From contig JAAFKI010000172.1 in the NCBI GenBank assembly GCA_021399345.1, forward strand, positions 1 through 11,937: 11,937 nucleotides of DNA. The letters run 5' to 3'. Below the pieces are notes generated by a model that was not told the DNA's origin, made no database searches, and saw nothing but the letters and a program-made list of their open reading frames with translations. Numbering within the stretch: the stretch's first letter is position 1; every line of letters starts with the position of its first letter. Shown here piece by piece: positions 8,616 through 11,937 of this stretch. Made by a program: the position numbers and the translations under genes. The stretch comes from Candidatus Heimdallarchaeota archaeon. Its GTDB lineage: Archaea > Asgardarchaeota > Heimdallarchaeia > Heimdallarchaeales > Heimdallarchaeaceae.

Positions 8616-10280
8616 ATGAAGATGATAAGAGGTTATCCTGAAGATATGCGAAAAAGCATAGATAATGTTAATAAAACAAGAAACAAGCGTATCGACCAAA
8701 TTATAGAAGATTTATCTCTAAAAGAACGAAAAGAAGTTCTTGACAATTTTCACCCAGATTATAATCCAAAATTTAAAAGGAATATTTCTTGGGGAGGTAA
8801 CAAAGGTGATAATGTACCCAATGAAGTTGCAGATGTTATTGAAGCTTATCCAATGGTAAATCCAGATGATATAGATTTAAACCAAATCGATTATGATGTT
8901 AATATATTAATCATTGGTGCAGGCGGTGCTGGTACCTCAGCAGCCTTGTGGGCCAACTACTCTGGAGTACCAAAAGAGGAAATTCTGCTTGTTACAAAAC
9001 TCAGACTTGGAGATTGCAATACAGTCATGGCGCAAGGTGGTATTCAAGCAGCTGATCGTCCTGTAGATAGTCCATTAATTCATTATATGGATGCAATAGG
9101 AGGGGGACATTTCGAGAACAAACCTGAGCTGGTCAAAGCCTTAGTTAGTGATGCCCCGAAAATTATCAAATGGCATAAGGACCTTGGAGTAATGTATGAT
9201 TGTACTGAAGATGGTAGTTTTATTGAGAATCCTGGAGGTGGTACATCAAGAAATAGAATGCATTGTTCTAAGGATTACACTGGACTGGAGATGTTTAGAA
9301 CATTAAAAGATGAGATAATAAATAAGGAAATTCCTTATCTAGAATTTTCTCCCGCTGTTGAGCTTATTACAAATGAAACTGGAGGAATAACAGGAGCTGT
9401 TCTATATAACATCGAAACAAAACAATACTTTGTTGTTAGAGCTAAAACAACCATCTTAACCACAGGTGGTTTTGGAAGACTTCATGTAGCAGGTTTTCCA
9501 ACATCTAATCACTATGGTGCAACTATGGATGGTGTAGTTATGGCTTATCGTGCAGGTGCTAAATTACGAGATTTAGATGCTACACAATTCCATCCAACTG
9601 GTGCAGCATTTCCAGAACAAATTGTAGGACTACTGATTACTGAAAAAGTTCGAAGTTTAGGAGGTCAAGTTCTTGGACGAAATGGGGAACAAATTTGTTA
9701 TCCATTGGAACCCAGAGATGTTGAAGCATCATCTATAATCAAATGTTGTGCAGCAACTGACAATTATATTGAAACTCCAACCCAAATGAGAGGAGTCTGG
9801 CTAGATAGTCCTTTAATTGAGGAAATCAAAGGAAAAGGTACAATTATGAAAAATCTTAGTGCTATGCATCGAATGATGAATAGGTTTGATATCGATATAA
9901 CCGTAGATCCAATTCTTGTTTATCCTACCTTACATTATCAGAATGGTGGTGTAGAGCATGATGAGAGTTGTCACACATCTCTTAAGGGACTTTTAGCAGC
10001 AGGGGAAATTTCCGGAGGAGTTCATGGTAAGAATCGTCTTATGGGTAATTCTCTTTTAGAAATAAATGTATTCGGAAGAAGGGCTGGTATCACAGCAGCT
10101 AATGAATACAAGAAAAAGAGTACCACAGGAAAACTTTCTCTTGCTCATGTTCATAAATCAATTAAGGCTCTTGATGCTCTAAATCTAAAAGATAAAAGAT
10201 ATTCTCCAACCATTTTACCAGAGTATAGAAGTGACGTAGTTAGAGACAGATTAGTTCAGTTATATGAAGAATCACTCTAA
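8616..10280 (+). CDS. Fumarate reductase/succinate dehydrogenase-family flavoprotein, TfrA-like
   Basis: IIGAGGAG, NTVMAQGGI, TTGGFG, QFHPT, LITEKVR, PRD, LHYQNGG and AAGE...HGKNRLMGNSL: the dicarboxylate-site His/Arg/Thr/Glu residues are present. ATG at 8616 preferred over GTG at 8607 because AGGCGTGA then acts as its SD. Confidence 0.9.
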   Translation: MKMIRGYPEDMRKSIDNVNKTRNKRIDQIIEDLSLKERKEVLDNFHPDYNPKFKRNISWGGNKGDNVPNEVADVIEAYPMVNPDDIDLNQIDYDVNILIIGAGGAGTSAALWANYSGVPKEEILLVTKLRLGDCNTVMAQGGIQAADRPVDSPLIHYMDAIGGGHFENKPELVKALVSDAPKIIKWHKDLGVMYDCTEDGSFIENPGGGTSRNRMHCSKDYTGLEMFRTLKDEIINKEIPYLEFSPAVELITNETGGITGAVLYNIETKQYFVVRAKTTILTTGGFGRLHVAGFPTSNHYGATMDGVVMAYRAGAKLRDLDATQFHPTGAAFPEQIVGLLITEKVRSLGGQVLGRNGEQICYPLEPRDVEASSIIKCCAATDNYIETPTQMRGVWLDSPLIEEIKGKGTIMKNLSAMHRMMNRFDIDITVDPILVYPTLHYQNGGVEHDESCHTSLKGLLAAGEISGGVHGKNRLMGNSLLEINVFGRRAGITAANEYKKKSTTGKLSLAHVHKSIKALDALNLKDKRYSPTILPEYRSDVVRDRLVQLYEESL

Positions 10281-10311
10281 TTTCATCTCTTTCTTTTTTC
10301 ACAATTTTTTT
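10281..10311 (+). terminator. Putative archaeal-type pyrimidine/oligo-T terminator of the redox operon
   Basis: TTTCATCTCTTTCTTTTTTCACAATTTTTTT directly after the flavoprotein stop. No evident hairpin. First sizeable intergenic gap (61 nt) in 10 kb. Confidence 0.6.
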
Positions 10312-10316
10312 ATAGA
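10309..10316 (+). promoter_or_regulatory. Possible TATA box for the phosphatase gene (leaderless transcript)
   Basis: TTTATAGA lies 26-33 nt upstream of ATG 10342, which has no SD. No good purine-rich BRE. Confidence 0.3.
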
Positions 10317-10341
10317 TAATATTCGATAATATTCTGAATCA

Positions 10342-10905
10342 ATGAAAAACACATACATCTTTCTTCGACATGCATTGACAACAATAGACAAAAGTCTACC
10401 TGCAGAAAAGTGGGTAATATCAGAAGCAGGAATAGAAGAAGTATGTAATGTAGTTTCCTCTGGAAAATTTGACGATGTAGATGTAATAATCTCTTCCTCG
10501 GAAAAGAAAGCAATTCAAACAGCTTTTTACCTATCAGAACGAATAGAGAAGGATATTAACTTAAATCCTAACCTAAAGGAATTAGATAGAGGGCAAGAAT
10601 TTATTGAGACTCAAGAAGATTATGAAACGAAAGTCTGGAGAATTTTCGATAACCCATCAGAATGTAGTTTCGGTTGGGAAACTGCTGAAAATGCGCTAGG
10701 AAGATTCAAAAGGGGGATATCGCGAATCGAAAACACCCATTCTAATAAGAAAATCTTCAGTGTTAGTCATGGAATTATTTTAACTCTATTCTTTGGAGAT
10801 CTTTTAGGATTAAAAAACGAAGAACTATTTCCAAGATGGAAGAAACTGAAATTCTGTGCATGGGGAACAATACTAGATGGAAAAGTAGATAGAGATATAG
10901 TTTAA
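10342..10905 (+). CDS. Histidine phosphatase (phosphoglycerate mutase-like) family protein
   Basis: N-terminal IFLRHA (RHG-type phospho-His motif), SS...AIQTA, LKE, E..E and C-terminal VSHG. Confidence 0.85.
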   Translation: MKNTYIFLRHALTTIDKSLPAEKWVISEAGIEEVCNVVSSGKFDDVDVIISSSEKKAIQTAFYLSERIEKDINLNPNLKELDRGQEFIETQEDYETKVWRIFDNPSECSFGWETAENALGRFKRGISRIENTHSNKKIFSVSHGIILTLFFGDLLGLKNEELFPRWKKLKFCAWGTILDGKVDRDIV

Positions 10906-10925
10906 GAAGAAAATTTTGTACTCAT

Positions 10926-10936
10926 AAAGCTTAAAT
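10926..10936 (+). promoter_or_regulatory. Possible BRE/TATA promoter of the methyltransferase gene
   Basis: AAAGCTTAAAT resembles archaeal BRE+TATA. It overlaps ATG 10935 and so would favour the downstream GTG 10992 start. Confidence 0.35.
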
Positions 10937-10991
10937 GAAAAGACCCGAATCGTATTTTTTAGTAGTAACCTTTGTACGAACAGGTGAAATT

Positions 10992-11660
10992 GTGAAAACC
11001 AATGAAGCGGTAGAGCTGAACCTTGAGCATTTTGATGAGTATTATACAGTAATAGTAGATAGAAGGGGAGCAATAGGAACTTCAGTACAGAATCAAAGAT
11101 TTCAGCTTTTTCTAAAGTTATTACCAAAAAGAAGTTTGATTCTTGACCAAGGATGTGGTACAGGTTATGTCGCACAACTTCTTTTAGATGAAGGTCATAG
11201 AGTCGATTGTTTAGACATTTCACCTATAGCAATTAAAAAATGTAAGGAATTTTTTACTTTAGCTGGATTTAACTCAGAGACATACAATCTTTGGGTTCAA
11301 GATTTTTTAACATTTGAATATCCTGAAACTAAGTATGATGGAATTATGGATTTATTCACTCTACATTTTGTGCCGCATGAGGACCAAAAGAGGATTCTTG
11401 AGTCGATATTTAGAGCTCTCAAACCTGGGGGTTACCTTTTCTTAGGTATTATGCTAACTGGTAGCATAAAGATAAGTGAACCAAATTCTAGGATAACAGA
11501 GAATGGCGGGACATTATTAAAAGTCGATGAAATAAAAGCTTACAGATGCTTTTATTTATGGAATCCTTATGAAATAAGATCTGTTCTAACCAATTTAGGT
11601 TTCAAAATCATTCATTTTTTTCATCCATTATCTAGCATTGAATTCATATGTCAAAAATAA
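10992..11660 (+). CDS. Class I SAM-dependent methyltransferase
   Basis: Motif I ILDQGCGTG, then LDIS, QDF, YDGI..FTLHF and LKPGGYL. ORF is open from ATG 10935, but GTG 10992 has SD AGGTGA at 10982-10987. Start uncertain. Confidence 0.85.
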   Translation: MKTNEAVELNLEHFDEYYTVIVDRRGAIGTSVQNQRFQLFLKLLPKRSLILDQGCGTGYVAQLLLDEGHRVDCLDISPIAIKKCKEFFTLAGFNSETYNLWVQDFLTFEYPETKYDGIMDLFTLHFVPHEDQKRILESIFRALKPGGYLFLGIMLTGSIKISEPNSRITENGGTLLKVDEIKAYRCFYLWNPYEIRSVLTNLGFKIIHFFHPLSSIEFICQK

Positions 11661-11754
11661 AAAATACTTCATGTCTTCTTTGGGGTAATTTATCGAACAT
11701 TGTGAATTATATTATACTAGAAATCCTTTTGCTTAAACCGTTCTAATTAAATTT

Positions 11755-11770
11755 CAGAAGCTTTTTAAAT
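11755..11770 (+). promoter_or_regulatory. Putative archaeal BRE/TATA promoter
   Basis: CAGAAG-C-TTTTTAAAT; the T/A box at 11762-11769 is 26-33 nt upstream of ATG 11795, which fits a leaderless mRNA. Confidence 0.5.
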
Positions 11771-11794
11771 TACGAAGTAAATAATTATATAGAA

Positions 11795-11937
11795 ATGAAT
11801 GGATGGATAATAGCCTTAATTATTCTTTCTTCTATATTATTTCCCATAATTTTATTATCTTACAGAGCTTATTACGGAGTTCACTCAAAAAACAAACAAA
11901 GCAAGAAAGTATCCGAAGATCCACTAGATAATCCAGA
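11795..11937 (+). CDS. Hypothetical protein with N-terminal hydrophobic segment (membrane anchor or signal); 3'-truncated
   Basis: Not in the ORF track. Reads MNGWIIALIILSSILFPIILLSYRAYYGVHSKNKQSKKVSEDPLDNP and stays open to the window end; about 18 hydrophobic residues followed by a basic stretch. Confidence 0.6.
   Translation, partial: MNGWIIALIILSSILFPIILLSYRAYYGVHSKNKQSKKVSEDPLDNP

Noticed and set aside
8616-10280. L-aspartate oxidase (NadB) or APS reductase alpha as the flavoprotein's identity
   Set aside because: It has PGGGTS rather than the NadB EGGHS motif, a cognate SdhB-type partner and a full dicarboxylate site; no nadA/nadC or aprB nearby.
46-11223. All minus-strand ORFs in the track (61-116 aa)
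   Set aside because: Each lies wholly or almost wholly antisense to a well-supported + strand gene and shows no recognisable motif; treated as shadow ORFs.
10342-11660. Phosphatase and methyltransferase as cofactor or thiol-carrier maturation genes of the operon
   Set aside because: Separated by a terminator-like tract, appear to have their own promoters and belong to generic families; only conserved synteny would revive the idea.

Overview
AT-rich window, probably archaeal (GGxTGA-type Shine-Dalgarno sites, TATA/BRE-like elements, oligo-T terminator). It is dominated by one tightly packed + strand run of 11 redox genes (1-10280, gaps 21 nt or less, or overlapping). In order: 2-oxoacid (probably 2-oxoglutarate):ferredoxin oxidoreductase beta (5'-truncated) and gamma; a four-gene Flx-type NAD(P)H module (MvhD/FlxD, FlxC, FlxB, FlxA); heterodisulfide reductase HdrA, HdrC and HdrB; then a soluble fumarate-reductase-like pair (short TfrB-like Fe-S subunit without CCG domains, and a TfrA-like flavoprotein without the covalent-FAD His). 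No hydrogenase or formate dehydrogenase catalytic subunit, membrane anchor or DsrC lies in the window. The arrangement suggests a soluble electron-bifurcating NAD(P)H -> ferredoxin + fumarate system co-expressed with a TCA-cycle ferredoxin enzyme (inference). After a T-rich terminator come a histidine-phosphatase-family gene, a class I SAM methyltransferase and the start of a protein with a hydrophobic N-terminus. I saw no RNA genes, CRISPR arrays or mobile elements. All calls come from motif recognition; no database search was run.
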